From: Escherichia coli 042
GTDB taxonomy: Bacteria > Pseudomonadota > Gammaproteobacteria > Enterobacterales > Enterobacteriaceae
Direction: 5' to 3' (one strand)
Length of the DNA: 64,000 bases
NCBI RefSeq assembly: GCF_000027125.1
Contig: NC_017626.1
Each line of letters opens with the position of its first letter. Within the stretch, counting starts at the first letter, position 1. The notes below the pieces were generated by a model. The model did not search any database and was not told where the DNA came from. It was given only the letters and a program-made list of their open reading frames with translations. Positions 14,497 through 29,268 of this stretch are shown here, piece by piece. The translations under genes were made by a program, and so were the position numbers.

Positions 14497-14670
14497 CCTT
14501 ATCAGCGGACTTTTTTTTGCAGTTTATGGTCTATTGCATAGACTGAGGGGGCAGCACGAAACGTTAAAGTGCGATAGCCGCCACAGTGCGACGTAATGAT
14601 GATGTTATTTTCAGCAAGGGATCGCTATAACTCATCAGGCCAACACCCACGATCAACAGATGAATTTATT

Positions 14671-15003
14671 ATGATAAGAAATGTGTTGTTAGCGTTCATG
14701 ATATGCAGCGGAATGACATTACTTGGAGGATGCTCCAGCGTGATGTCCCATACCGGGGGGAAAGAAGGAACGTATCCCGGCACCCGCGCCAGCGCCACCA
14801 TGATTGGCGACGATGAAACCAACTGGGGCACTAAGTCGCTGGCGATTCTCGATATGCCGTTTACCGCTGTGATGGACACGCTTTTACTGCCGTGGGACGT
14901 GTTCCGCAAAGACAGCTCGGTGCGCTCACGCGTTGAAAAAAGCGAAGCCAACGCGCAAGCCACCAATGCGGTTATTCCACCGGCCAGAATGCCTGATAAC
15001 TGA
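14671..15003 (+). CDS. yidQ: Lipoprotein YidQ
   Basis: ORF 14596..15003; start at MIRNVLLAFMICSGMTLLGGCSS (14671) with a lipobox (LGGC); 110 aa. Confidence 0.82.
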   Translation: MIRNVLLAFMICSGMTLLGGCSSVMSHTGGKEGTYPGTRASATMIGDDETNWGTKSLAILDMPFTAVMDTLLLPWDVFRKDSSVRSRVEKSEANAQATNAVIPPARMPDN

Positions 15004-15004
15004 T

Positions 15005-16219
15005 TTAGCGATCAGTTTCGGTGATCCACAGCTGGCCGCCTTCCATCCACGCCAGCCATTGACCATCCGGCGAGAAGACCACGGCGTCCGCAGAAGGTGG
15101 ATTGGCGTGGTTTTCGGTTAAATACTCAACCTCGCCGCTTTGCGCATGGGCACAAGCAATTCGATTATCCAGCACAAAGCCCAACCATTCTCCTGATGGA
15201 TGCCAGTTAAATGCAGACTGAATATCCGTTTTGTTATGGGTTAACTGGCGCGGCTCGCCGCCCTGTGGCGAGATAAGCCACAGTTGCACAATGCCGTTAT
15301 CATTACGCATTAAAAACGCGATTTGCGTACCCTGCGGATTACAGCGCACCCAGTGGCGCGGGACGTTGACTAACCCCGGATAAGCCCGATGGTGGGTAAA
15401 GGTTAAACGTCGCTGCACGACGCCACGCGGTGGCGCGGGCAGGGTTGTTTCCGTTCCACTTAATGGCGCATCACCTGCCGCTTTCCAGCCAGCTTCATCT
15501 TGCGGTAACTCAACGATAAATAGCTCCGGCACTTTCTCGCCCTTTGGCGAAAGTGTGTCGCCAATAAACGCCAGCGCGTGATTTCCTACCCATCCTTCTT
15601 CATAAGCACGATTGATTTCATCGCTGCCAGGCTGCGGCGTGGGCGTGGTTTTACTCACCAGCACGCACCAGTGGCTACCGCTGTATTCACGCGGATGCTG
15701 CTTTTGTACGTTGACCGGGCCAAACGGTGCCGCAACACCGACGTTTCGCAAATCCAGCGCCGAATCGAGTTGATGCATTACATGGTCGTTATAGGTAAAG
15801 CTCACCCTTTCTCCGTTCGGGCTAAAGACATGCACATGGCTGCCGCCGCGCAGCGCTCCTGGGGTGTACGGCGCGGTAATATCCATTGCATCGAGATTGC
15901 TCACCTTGCCGCCTTCAACAATCACTCCGCGCCGATGATGGAAGTCGTAATGCCATGTTTCATCAGGATTTTCCGGTCCGTGGATGAAAACATATTTCTC
16001 TGACTTCGGATGAACGGTCACCACGCCGACGTACGCGCCCTGTGACGCGCGATAGATAACCTCGACCTCTCCAGTATGGATATTCACACGCTCAATGGTC
16101 TCGCCGGTAAACGACGCGCCAGAAGGACGCACGTCAAATACCAGCCACTGGCTGTCGGGCGTCCAGGTATTGGTATTGGTGAGCAGGTGATTACGGGGAG
16201 CAAAGGTTATCTGTTTCAT
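15005..16219 (-). CDS. yidR: YidR, beta-propeller-like protein (DUF3748)
   Basis: ORF 15005..16255; start preferred at MKQITFAPRN (16219) because AGGA lies 7 nt upstream; the upstream ATGs at 16252/16255 lack an RBS. Start is uncertain by 11-12 codons. Confidence 0.78.
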   Translation of the reverse strand: MKQITFAPRNHLLTNTNTWTPDSQWLVFDVRPSGASFTGETIERVNIHTGEVEVIYRASQGAYVGVVTVHPKSEKYVFIHGPENPDETWHYDFHHRRGVIVEGGKVSNLDAMDITAPYTPGALRGGSHVHVFSPNGERVSFTYNDHVMHQLDSALDLRNVGVAAPFGPVNVQKQHPREYSGSHWCVLVSKTTPTPQPGSDEINRAYEEGWVGNHALAFIGDTLSPKGEKVPELFIVELPQDEAGWKAAGDAPLSGTETTLPAPPRGVVQRRLTFTHHRAYPGLVNVPRHWVRCNPQGTQIAFLMRNDNGIVQLWLISPQGGEPRQLTHNKTDIQSAFNWHPSGEWLGFVLDNRIACAHAQSGEVEYLTENHANPPSADAVVFSPDGQWLAWMEGGQLWITETDR

Positions 16220-16319
16220 GGCGCGGTCCTGATACAAAACGGGTCCCGCCATCATACTTCACAAGGACTTCACTTTCAGACAATAGTCTTTCGCCATCGT
16301 GATGAATGTGAGTGAAAAG

Positions 16320-17384
16320 ATGGAACATTTCGACGTGGCGATTATTGGCCTCGGCCCGGCAGGGTCGGCGTTGGCACGAAAGTTAGCCGGCAAAATGCAG
16401 GTGATCGCGCTGGATAAAAAGCATCAGCATGGTACTGAAGGTTTCAGTAAACCTTGCGGCGGTCTGCTGGCACCGGATGCGCAGCGATCTTTTATTCGCG
16501 ATGGACTGACGCTTCCGGTCGATGTGATCGCCAATCCGCAGATTTTCAGCGTCAAAACCGTCGACGTCGCCGCATCGCTCACGCGTAACTACCAGCGAAG
16601 CTATATCAATATTAATCGCCACGCTTTCGACTTGTGGATGAAATCGCTGATCCCCGCCAGCGTTGAGGTTTACCACGATAGCCTGTGCCGGAAAATCTGG
16701 CGTGAGGATGATAAATGGCATGTCATTTTTCGTGCAGACGGTTGGGAGCAGCATATTACCGCCCGCTATCTGGTCGGTGCCGATGGTGCCAACTCGATGG
16801 TGCGGCGACATCTCTACCCGGACCATCAAATTCGTAAATATGTCGCTATCCAGCAGTGGTTCGCAGAGAAGCATCCGGTGCCGTTCTACTCCTGCATCTT
16901 TGATAATGCGATAACTGACTGTTACTCATGGAGTATCAGCAAAGACGGTTATTTTATCTTTGGCGGTGCCTATCCCATGAAAGACGGTCAGACGCGTTTC
17001 ACGACGCTGAAAGAGAAAATGAACGCCTTTCAGTTCCAGTTTGGCAAAGCAGTGAAAAGCGAGAAATGTACCGTGCTGTTCCCCTCACGCTGGCAGGATT
17101 TTGTCTGCGGTAAGGACAACGCCTTTCTGATTGGTGAAGCGGCGGGATTTATCAGCGCCAGTTCGCTGGAGGGGATTAGCTATGCGCTGGATAGCGCAGA
17201 GATTCTGCGTTCGGTGTTACTGAAGCAGCCGGAGAAGAGCAACGCCGCCTACTGGCGCGCTACCCGCAAACTGCGTTTAAAACTCTTCGGTAAGATAGTA
17301 AAAAGCCGATGCCTGACCGCACCGGCTTTAAGAAAGTGGATTATGCGCAGTGGTGTGGCGCATATTCCACAGTTGAAAGATTAG
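16320..17384 (+). CDS. cbrA: FAD-dependent oxidoreductase CbrA
   Basis: ORF 16299..17384; start at [24 protein letters not shown] (FAD-binding GxGxxG); 354 aa. Confidence 0.9.
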
Positions 17385-18673
17385 CCAACGCGCTTCACAT
17401 CGCCCACCAGCAGGATGTAAGAGAGCGCGCCAATCAACGCGACGGCGGAGATATAAACCAGTGCAGGTGCGAAACCGTAACCCTGCGCCAGGTACCCCAC
17501 CACCAGCGGAACGGTGATGCCGCCCAGACCACCGGCAAAGTTAAACACGCCGCCGGTTAAACCAATCAGGCGCATCGGTGCCAGAGAAGAAACCAGCGAC
17601 CAGGTAATCGAAGCAAAACCGTTACCGAAGAATGCCAGCGCCATCAGGCACATAATCATCATCGGATCGTTGGTGTAGTTAGCGCCCATAATGCAGGTGG
17701 AGATCAGCAAGCCGCAGATAATCGGCGTTTTACGCGCAAAGCCCAGTGAAAAGCCCTTACGTACCAGCAGATCCGCGACCCAGCCAGAGAGCAGGACGCC
17801 GACAAACGCCGCGAGGAATGGCACCGTGGTCATAAAGCCTGCTTTCAGCGCCGTGATTCCTTTTTCCTGGGTTAAATAGTTCGGGAACCAGGTTAAGAAA
17901 AACCACAGTGTAGAAGCCACCGCAAATTGCCCAAGATAGACACCGATCAGTTTACGATGGAACACCAGTTTCCAGTCTTTGGCTGTTAACGGCTGACGTG
18001 CCTCTTTTTTCACCGGCGCATCGCCATCCACCAGACCGCCGCCATCACGAATGTAATCCAGTTCAGCTTTGCTGATACCTTTGGTCAGGCGCGGCGGCTG
18101 ATAAACCTTAAACCAAATCAGCGACCAGATAATGCCGATACCACCAGTGACAATGAACACCCAGTGCCAGCTCAACATTTCCTGAATCCAGATCAGTAGC
18201 GGAGTCAGAAACGCCAGACCGACAAACTGACCAGACGTATAAAAACCAACGGCGGAAGCGCGTTCATGTTCCGGGAACCAGCTGGTCACCATCCGGTTAT
18301 TGGTCGGGAAAGCGGGCGCTTCGAAAATACCGGTTATCGCGCGCAGACCAATTAATGACATTAATCCCGTGGCAAAGCCCTGGAATAAAGTCGCCACTGA
18401 CCAGCCAAATATCGCAATAAAATAAGTCACGCGTGAACCTACGCGATCTAAGAACCAACCGCCGGGGATCTGGCATAACGTATAAAGCCATGCGAAGGCC
18501 GAAAATACATAGCCCATTTCCGCTTTCGTAATGCCGAACTCTTCCTGAATATGAGCGGAAGCCACGGCCAGGTTAGCGCGGTCAACATAACAAATGACCA
18601 CCGTAATAAAGATCATCACCAGCGTCAGATAACGCCGACGCCCCGGCTTTGCTGCATTAACGGGAATATCCAT
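17381..18673 (-). CDS. dgoT: D-galactonate:H+ symporter DgoT (MFS)
   Basis: ORF 17381..18718; start at [17 protein letters not shown] (18673), giving 430 aa; convergent 4-bp overlap with cbrA. Confidence 0.9.
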
Positions 18674-18792
18674 AGCGAGCTTTCTCCAGATTTTGGGCAT
18701 AGCGAAGCCGCTCACCATGCCCTGTAATTTACAGAGGGTTATATTTTTGTATTACTGTTTTAGTGCCCGATGAGGGGCTTACGTGGCAGGAA

Positions 18793-19941
18793 TTACCACT
18801 CTGCTACGCTGTTATCTTCATGACGCCAGAGCGGATTACGCCAGTCCGGGGCATTTTTACTGAACTCAATAACTTTAGCTTCGTCGATTTCCACGCCTAA
18901 GCCCGGTTTCGTTAGCGGTTTAAAGAAGCCGCCAACCATGCTGAAGTCTTCTTTGTTTTTCACAAAGTCGAGTAACTCCGCGCCTTTGTTGTAATGAATG
19001 CCCATACTTTGTTCCTGAAGTACGGCGTTATAGGAAACAAAGTCGATATGCAGACAAGCCGCCAGTGCAATCGGTCCGAGCGGACAGTGCGGCGCAAGTG
19101 TCACGTCATAGGCTTCTGCCATTCCGGCAATTTTGTAGCATTCGGTAATACCGCCTGCATGAGAGAGATCCGGTTGCAGAATCGAAATACCACCCGCCTC
19201 CAGCACACGTTTAAAATCGAAACGTGAGAACATGCGCTCACCCGCCGCCAGTGGAATATGCGTTTGTGCCGCCAGTTTCGGGTAGTATTCGGCTTGTTCC
19301 GCCAGCACCGGCTCTTCAATAAACAGCGGGCGATACGGCTCCAGTTCTTTAATCAGCACTTTCGCCATCGGCGCGCTGACGCGACCGTGGAAATCAAGAC
19401 CAAACTCAATCTGATTGCCAAAAGCTTCACGAATTTGTGCCACGGTGTTGACTGCCGCATCTACCGCGCGGGAGTTATCAATTAGCCCCAGCTCTTCACA
19501 ACCGTTCAGTTTGAAGGTATCGAAGCCGATTTCGCGCAGGGTTTTTATGCCGTCGATAACATCCGCCGGACGATCGCCGCCGACCCAACTGTAGGCTTTA
19601 ATTTTGTCGCGAACCAGGCCGCCCATCAGTTGCCACACCGGCGCATTCAGCACTTTGCCTTTGATATCCCATAACGCCTGGTCGATCCCGGCGATGGCGC
19701 TCATCAGGATTGGACCGCCACGATAAAATCCGGCGCGATACATCACTTGCCATAAGTCATTGATGCGCGATGGATCCTGACCAATCAAATAGTCACCCAG
19801 CTCGTGAACTGCCGCTTCCACCGTACGGGCGCGGCCTTCAATCACGGGCTCGCCCCAGCCGACCACGCCTTCATCGGTTTCAATTTTCAGGAACATCCAG
19901 CGGGGAGGTAAACGATACGTGGTAATTTTGGTGATTTTCAT
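18793..19941 (-). CDS. dgoD: D-galactonate dehydratase
   Basis: 382-aa enolase-superfamily ORF ([31 protein letters not shown]). Confidence 0.93.
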
Positions 19942-20555
19942 TGCACTGCCTCTCGATACGCCTTAACAAATGCTGCTGCCTGCTGCGCGGTGCGTTCTAT
20001 GGACTGCCCGGCGCGATAGAGATCGCTGCCTAAGCCTGCCCCTGCACAACCTGCGTCTATCCACTGCGCCAGGTTTTCTGGCGTCACGCCGCCAACGGCA
20101 AAGACTGCGATGTCCGGTGGTAATACCGCTTTTAACGCTTTGATGTATTGCGGACCAAAAGCCGATGACGGAAATATTTTCAGCGCCTGAGCGCCCGCGT
20201 CGAGCGCGGTAAAGGCTTCGGTCGCCGTCGCGCAGCCGGGGCAAACGGTCATGCCGTAGCCCACCGCACGGCGGATCACTTCACTATGGATATTGGGCGT
20301 AACGATGAGCTGGCAGCCCATCCTGGCGAGCACATCGACCTGTTCAGGTTTCAGTACCGTACCTGCGCCAATCAACGCCTTGTCGCCATACGCATCAACG
20401 ATGGCGGGAATGCTCTGCTCCCATTGTGGGGAATTCAGCGGGATTTCAACCGCGTCGAACCCGGCGTCAATCACCGCGCCAACATGCGCCAGCGCCTCGT
20501 CGGGCGTAATGCCGCGCAAAATGGCGATCAGCGGGAGTTTAGTTTGCCACTGCAT
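19938..20555 (-). CDS. dgoA: 2-dehydro-3-deoxy-6-phosphogalactonate aldolase
   Basis: 205-aa ORF, 4-bp overlap with dgoD; KDPG-aldolase-like fold by similarity. Confidence 0.9.
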
Positions 20556-21417
20556 GAGCGATGCTCCTTATACCAGCCTGAAATGCCGTGTCGCCCGCCA
20601 CCGCCGCCACGTCGCAACCCATCGCCTGAAAGGCTTGCTGGTAGCGCGCGGTCAGCGATGTTCCGGCGACAAGGGTGATGGCGTGTTGATGGGTCACATA
20701 GTCGCGCATACTGGCAACCTCTGCGCCAATCAACAAACCAGAGAGAAATTCACTGACCTGTTCGCGGGGAAGTGTTCCCAGCACATGCGAAGCGCGAACT
20801 TCAAAAAGCTGCGGCAATACGGCGGGAGCATTAAGGCCACGCTCAAGACCAGCCGCGAAGGCATCGGCAGAGTTTTCCTGCGGCGGCAAACCTGCGCCAA
20901 TCAATGAGTGATTTAACAGTAAATGATGTAATTCACCGGTCATCACGGTGCGAAAATCGTTGATTTGCTGGCTATCGGCCTGCACCCATTTGCAATGAGT
21001 ACCGGGCATAACATAAAGAGAGGAAGGAGCCAGAGCACGCGCGCCGATCAATTGTGTTTCTTCGCCGCGCATCACATTGTGGTTATCGTCATGAGAGACG
21101 CATAATCCGGGAATAATCCAGATATTGTCGCCAACCGACGTTAATTGTTCGCCAATAGACGAAAAACGGGCAGGAACAGATAAATACGGAGCAATTTTCC
21201 AGCCTACATTGCTGCCGACCATTCCTGCCATCACCACTGGCGTATTCTCTTCACGCCAGTCGGTCGTGACTTCTGCTAACACCGTAGCCGGAGATTTTCC
21301 GTTCAGGCGCGTGACGCCTGCTTCTGATTGCCTGCTGTCCAGGCAGTGGTCGCCCTGATAAAGCCAGGCGCGCAGATTGGTCGATCCCCAGTCAATTGCG
21401 ATGTAGCGAGCTGTCAT
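20539..21417 (-). CDS. dgoK: 2-dehydro-3-deoxygalactonokinase
   Basis: 292-aa ORF overlapping dgoA and dgoR; operon synteny. Confidence 0.9.
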   Translation of the reverse strand: MTARYIAIDWGSTNLRAWLYQGDHCLDSRQSEAGVTRLNGKSPATVLAEVTTDWREENTPVVMAGMVGSNVGWKIAPYLSVPARFSSIGEQLTSVGDNIWIIPGLCVSHDDNHNVMRGEETQLIGARALAPSSLYVMPGTHCKWVQADSQQINDFRTVMTGELHHLLLNHSLIGAGLPPQENSADAFAAGLERGLNAPAVLPQLFEVRASHVLGTLPREQVSEFLSGLLIGAEVASMRDYVTHQHAITLVAGTSLTARYQQAFQAMGCDVAAVAGDTAFQAGIRSIAHAVAN

Positions 21418-22103
21418 GTGATTTCCTTTAACCTTCGTGTCGAGCTGGCGATCATGGTAAGCGCCGCCTGCTCTGCCGCATCGCCGTCCTGATGCCGTAT
21501 TGCATCGAACAGCGCCTTATGTTCCTGGAGCGTTTGCGGCATGTTGGCCTCATCGCCCATCCAGGTTCGTTCAAAAACCGCCCGCTGCAACGAACTGATC
21601 GCAATGCTAAGTTGCTGTAACACCGGGTTATGTACCGACTGCAGCACCGCCTCGTGGTAGCGAATATCCGCTTCGTTAAACGCTTCGCGGTCCTGATTGT
21701 TGGCAATCATCTCGTTCAGCGCCGATTCAATCTGCGCCAGATCGCTGGAAGTCGCGCGCTCTGCTGCCCAACGGGCAATCGCCGGTTCCACCAGATTTCG
21801 CACTTCGCTCATTGCACTGATAAGCCGTGGGTCGTAGTCGTTTTCCAGCACCCATTGCAGTACGTCAGTGTCGAGGTAATTCCACTGGTTACGCGGAGCC
21901 ACAAACGCCCCGCGATAACGTTTCATTTCAATCAGCCGCTTCGCCATCAGCGAACGAAATACCTCACGGATGATGTTGCGCGAGGTTGCAAACTCCTCAC
22001 AGAGTTCCGCCTCAGCCGGAAGCGGCGAGCCTGGCACGTATTTACCGTGAACGATCTGTTTACCCAGCGTAATGACAATGCGATCGGTTTTATTGAGAGT
22101 CAT
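21414..22103 (-). CDS. dgoR: GntR/FadR-family repressor of the dgo operon
   Basis: 229-aa ORF with N-terminal GntR HTH; first gene of dgoRKADT. Confidence 0.9.
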   Translation of the reverse strand: MTLNKTDRIVITLGKQIVHGKYVPGSPLPAEAELCEEFATSRNIIREVFRSLMAKRLIEMKRYRGAFVAPRNQWNYLDTDVLQWVLENDYDPRLISAMSEVRNLVEPAIARWAAERATSSDLAQIESALNEMIANNQDREAFNEADIRYHEAVLQSVHNPVLQQLSIAISSLQRAVFERTWMGDEANMPQTLQEHKALFDAIRHQDGDAAEQAALTMIASSTRRLKEIT

Positions 22104-22167
22104 GGAGAGTCCTTGTGCTCTGTATGTTCTTCTCTACTTTACCCCGATCGATGCATAACGCGGCAAC

Positions 22168-22243
22168 TTTGTAGTACCAGCGTGATGACGTTCGCGTTTG
22201 CCGTGTGCGTAATGTAGTACAAAATTATATTGTTGTACTACAA
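22168..22243 (-). promoter_or_regulatory. dgo promoter region with three TGTA(G/C)TAC operator-like repeats
   Basis: tttGTAGTACc (22168-22178), aTGTAGTACAaa (22212-22223) and tTGTACTACAa (22233-22243, inverted copy) match the GntR/FadR-type t.GT.n.AC.a palindrome. Confidence 0.6.
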
Positions 22244-22380
22244 TTTAGATCACAAAAAGAACAATGCATAAAAAAATGACATGCGTCGGGCAGAAATCTG
22301 AAAAGGGATATCAGGCGCTAAACAGGAGGAAAAGAAGAGTATGCTTTCAACGGCTTAGCTACTCGTTTAAAGGATTAATC

Positions 22381-23037
22381 ATGAAGTTGAATTTTAAGGG
22401 ATTTTTTAAGGCTGCCGGTTTATTCCCACTGGCGCTGATGCTTTCGGGCTGTATCTCGTATGCCCTGGTTTCCCATACCGCAAAGGGTACTTCAGGAAAG
22501 TATCAATCGCAGTCAGACACCATCACGGGGCTATCGCAGGCAAAAGATAGTAATGGAACAAAAGGCTATGTTTTTGTAGGGGAATCGCTGGACTACCTTA
22601 TCACTGATGGTGCCGATGACATCGTTAAAATGCTCAATGATCCAGCACTTAACCGGCACAATATTCAGGTTGCTGATGACGCAAGATTTGTTTTAAATGC
22701 GGGGAAAAAGAAATTTACCGGCACAATATCGCTTTACTACTACTGGAATAACGAAGAAGAAAAGGCACTGGCAACTCATTATGGTTTTGCCTGTGGTGTT
22801 CAACACTGTACCAGGTCACTGGAAAACCTAAAAGGCACAATCCATGAGAAAAATAAAAACATGGATTACTCAAAGGTAATGGCGTTCTACCATCCATTTA
22901 AAGTGCGATTTTATGAATACTATTCACCCAGAGGCATTCCGGATGGTGTTTCCGCAGCATTACTGCCAGTGACTGTTACGCTGGACATCATTACTGCACC
23001 GCTGCAATTTCTGGTTGTATATGCAGTAAACCAATAA
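22381..23037 (+). CDS. yidX: Lipoprotein YidX
   Basis: ORF 22264..23037; start at [24 protein letters not shown] (lipobox), giving 218 aa. Confidence 0.82.
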   Translation: MKLNFKGFFKAAGLFPLALMLSGCISYALVSHTAKGTSGKYQSQSDTITGLSQAKDSNGTKGYVFVGESLDYLITDGADDIVKMLNDPALNRHNIQVADDARFVLNAGKKKFTGTISLYYYWNNEEEKALATHYGFACGVQHCTRSLENLKGTIHEKNKNMDYSKVMAFYHPFKVRFYEYYSPRGIPDGVSAALLPVTVTLDIITAPLQFLVVYAVNQ

Positions 23038-23048
23038 TCAGTAAGCGG

Positions 23049-23080
23049 GCAAACGCGTTTATGCTGTTTGCCCGTCCACT
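23049..23080. terminator. Bidirectional hairpin between convergent yidX and yidA
   Basis: cgggcaaacgcgtttatgctgtttgcccg inverted repeat between the two stop codons. Confidence 0.5.
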
Positions 23081-23082
23081 GA

Positions 23083-23895
23083 TTAATTCAGCACATACTT
23101 CTCAATAGCAAACGCCACGCCATCTTCAAGGTTGGATTTGGTGACAAAGTTCGCCACTTCTTTCACCGAAGGAATAGCGTTATCCATCGCCACACCGACG
23201 CCTGCATATTCAATCATTGCGATGTCGTTTTCCTGATCGCCAATCGCCATGATTTCTTCCGGCTTAATACCTAACACGTCGGCCAGTGATTTCACACCCG
23301 TACCTTTGTTAACGCGTTTATCGAGGATTTCGAGGAAGTACGGCGCACTTTTCAGCACGGTGTATTTTTCTTTCACTTCCTGCGGAATACGCGCGATGGC
23401 CTGGTCGAGGATGGCAGGTTCATCAATCATCATCACTTTCAGGAACTGGGTATTGGGGTCCATTTTCTCCGCTTCGCAGAACACCAGCGGAATGGTGGCA
23501 ACGAAAGATTCATGCACCGTGTAGTAGCTGATATCACGATTAGCGGTGTACAGCGTGGTGCGGTCCAGCGCGTGGAAATGAGAACCGACTTCGCGGGAGA
23601 GTTTTTCCAGGAAACGGTAGTCGTCATAGCTCAGAGCGGTTTGCGCCACGGTGCTACCATCAGCGGCCTTCTGTACCAGCGCGCCGTTATAAGTAATGCA
23701 GTAGTCGCCCGGCTGTTCCATATGCAGCTCTTTCAGGTAATTGTGAACACCTGCATAAGGGCGACCCGTCGTCAGCACAACATTCACGCCACGGGCGCGA
23801 GCTGCGGCAATCGCATTTTTAACGGCGGGTGAAATGGTGTGATCGGGCAGCAGAAGTGTGCCATCCATATCGATAGCAATGAGTTTGATAGCCAT
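23083..23895 (-). CDS. yidA: HAD-superfamily (Cof-type) sugar phosphatase YidA
   Basis: 270-aa ORF with N-terminal DxD motif (IAIDMDGTLL). Confidence 0.92.
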   Translation of the reverse strand: MAIKLIAIDMDGTLLLPDHTISPAVKNAIAAARARGVNVVLTTGRPYAGVHNYLKELHMEQPGDYCITYNGALVQKAADGSTVAQTALSYDDYRFLEKLSREVGSHFHALDRTTLYTANRDISYYTVHESFVATIPLVFCEAEKMDPNTQFLKVMMIDEPAILDQAIARIPQEVKEKYTVLKSAPYFLEILDKRVNKGTGVKSLADVLGIKPEEIMAIGDQENDIAMIEYAGVGVAMDNAIPSVKEVANFVTKSNLEDGVAFAIEKYVLN

Positions 23896-24009
23896 GAGTT
23901 CCCCAGGTAGATTGGTTCCTGACCCATGCTAACGCGATTCCGCTCAAAAATCAGTACAACACCCTAGGGAAAAGGGGGATGCAACGCGCGTTGCGTGCTC
24001 CCCTTTTGC

Positions 24010-24408
24010 TTAGCGGAAGAGTTTCCCTTTCAGCAGTTCCATACCTGCGGAAAGCAGATCGTTATTGGCTTGTGGTGACACTTCACCTTGCGGTGAGAGT
24101 GCATCAATAATCTTCGGCAATTGTTCTGCCAGTAAACTGGAAGCTGTACTGGTATCCACGCCCAGTTTTTGCCCGAGATCGGACACCGCATTTGTGCCGA
24201 GCGCTGATTCCAGTTGCTCGCCGCTAACTGGTTGGTTGCCCTGTTGATTACTCAGCCAGGTTGAGAGAATGGCACCTAAACCGCCACTTTGCAGTTTTTC
24301 CAGCAGCACCTGAATGCCGCCCTGCTCCTCAACCCAGCTCAAAATGGCCTGATATTTCCCCGCATCGCCTTTCAGAAAGGCACCGACAACTTCATCAAAA
24401 AGCCCCAT
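24010..24408 (-). CDS. yidB: YidB (DUF937 family)
   Basis: ORF 24010..24417; start at MGLFDEVVGAFLKGDAGKYQ, giving 132 aa. Confidence 0.85.
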   Translation of the reverse strand: MGLFDEVVGAFLKGDAGKYQAILSWVEEQGGIQVLLEKLQSGGLGAILSTWLSNQQGNQPVSGEQLESALGTNAVSDLGQKLGVDTSTASSLLAEQLPKIIDALSPQGEVSPQANNDLLSAGMELLKGKLFR

Positions 24409-24482
24409 GATAATCACCTGTAAAGCGTTACGTGTTGACTCAAAAAGTATAGATCTGCGGGATGATAATTGCGGATTGCAGA

Positions 24483-24515
24483 AATAAAAAGGGCGAAGAT
24501 GATCTCCGCCCTTTT
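24483..24515 (-). terminator. Rho-independent terminator after gyrB
   Basis: Hairpin gggcggagatcatcttcgccc followed on the minus strand by TTTTTATTT. Confidence 0.6.
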
Positions 24516-24527
24516 CTTATAGCTTCT

Positions 24528-24632
24528 TGCCGGATGCGGCGTTAACGTCTGATCCGGCCTACAAAATCATGCAAATTCAATATATTGCACGAGTCTCGTA
24601 GGCCTGATAAGCGTAGCGCATCAGGCACGCTC
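24528..24632. repeat. REP (repetitive extragenic palindromic) elements, two units
   Basis: gccggatgcggcgttaacgtctgatccggcctac and gtaggcctgataagcgtagcgcatcaggc match the enterobacterial REP consensus. Confidence 0.8.
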
Positions 24633-24647
24633 GCATTGTTAACGCCA

Positions 24648-28163
<3,516 letters not shown>

Positions 28164-28164
<1 letters not shown>

Positions 28165-29264
28165 TACAGTCTCATTGGCATGACAACATAGGCAGCCGAC
28201 TGTGATGCGGCATCTTCAATCTGCACGCTGGAAACCGAATCGGTCAGCATCATGCGGACGTTTTCACATTTCAGCGCGTTCAGAACATCCAGCACATAGC
28301 TGACGTTGAAGCCGATTTCCATCTCCGCACCGCTATAGGTAACGTCGAGGATCTCTTCCGCTTCTTCCTGTTCCGGGTTGTTGGCGGTGATTTTCAGCTG
28401 GTTTTCGCTGACATACAGACGTACGCCGCGGAATTTCTCGTTAGAGAGAATTGCCGCGCGAGCAAACGCCTGCTTGAGGAGATCGCAACCTGCTTCCAGA
28501 TGCTTGTCTGGGTTTTTCGGCAGAACGCGTCGGTAATCCGGGAAGCGACCATCCACCAGTTTCGAGGTGAAGATAAAGTCGCCAACGTGGGCGCGAATGT
28601 TGTTGCTGCCAATCTGCACGCGCAGCGGATTGTCGCCGCCGTCAAGCATACGCATCAGTTCAATCACGCCTTTACGCGGCACGATCACCGAATGGCTTGG
28701 CAAAGATTGACCAATTGGCATTGAACAGACTGCCAGACGGTGACCGTCGGTCGCCACGGTGCGCAGTTCTTCACCTTCGGTTTCAAACAGCATACCGTTT
28801 AAGTAATAGCGAACGTCCTGATGCGCCATAGAAAACTGGGTCGCTTCAATCAGACGCTTCATCGTCGCCTGCGGCAGGGTAAATTCGACTTCGCTCTGCC
28901 AGTCATCGAGGTTCGGGAAATCCGCCGCTGGCAGGGTAGACAGCGAAAAACGGCTACGCCCGGAGCGCACCAGCATACGCTCACCTTCCAGCTGCACGGC
29001 AATTTCCGCGCCTTCAGGCAGACCACGGCAGATATCAAAGAATTTGCGCGCTGGAACGGTCGTCGCCCCTGGCTCGTGTGACTGAACCAGCGCAACGCGT
29101 GCCACCATTTCCATCTCGAGATCAGTACCGGTCAGCGACAACGTACCGTCAGCAACCTGTAACAGCAGATTACCGAGAATCGGTAGCGTAGGACGACCAC
29201 CTAACGGCCCGCTCACCTGTTGTAGCGGTTTTAATAAATGCTCACGTTCTACGGTAAATTTCAT
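28164..29264 (-). CDS. dnaN: DNA polymerase III beta sliding clamp
   Basis: 366-aa ORF ([37 protein letters not shown]). Confidence 0.98.
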
Positions 29265-29268
29265 AGGT

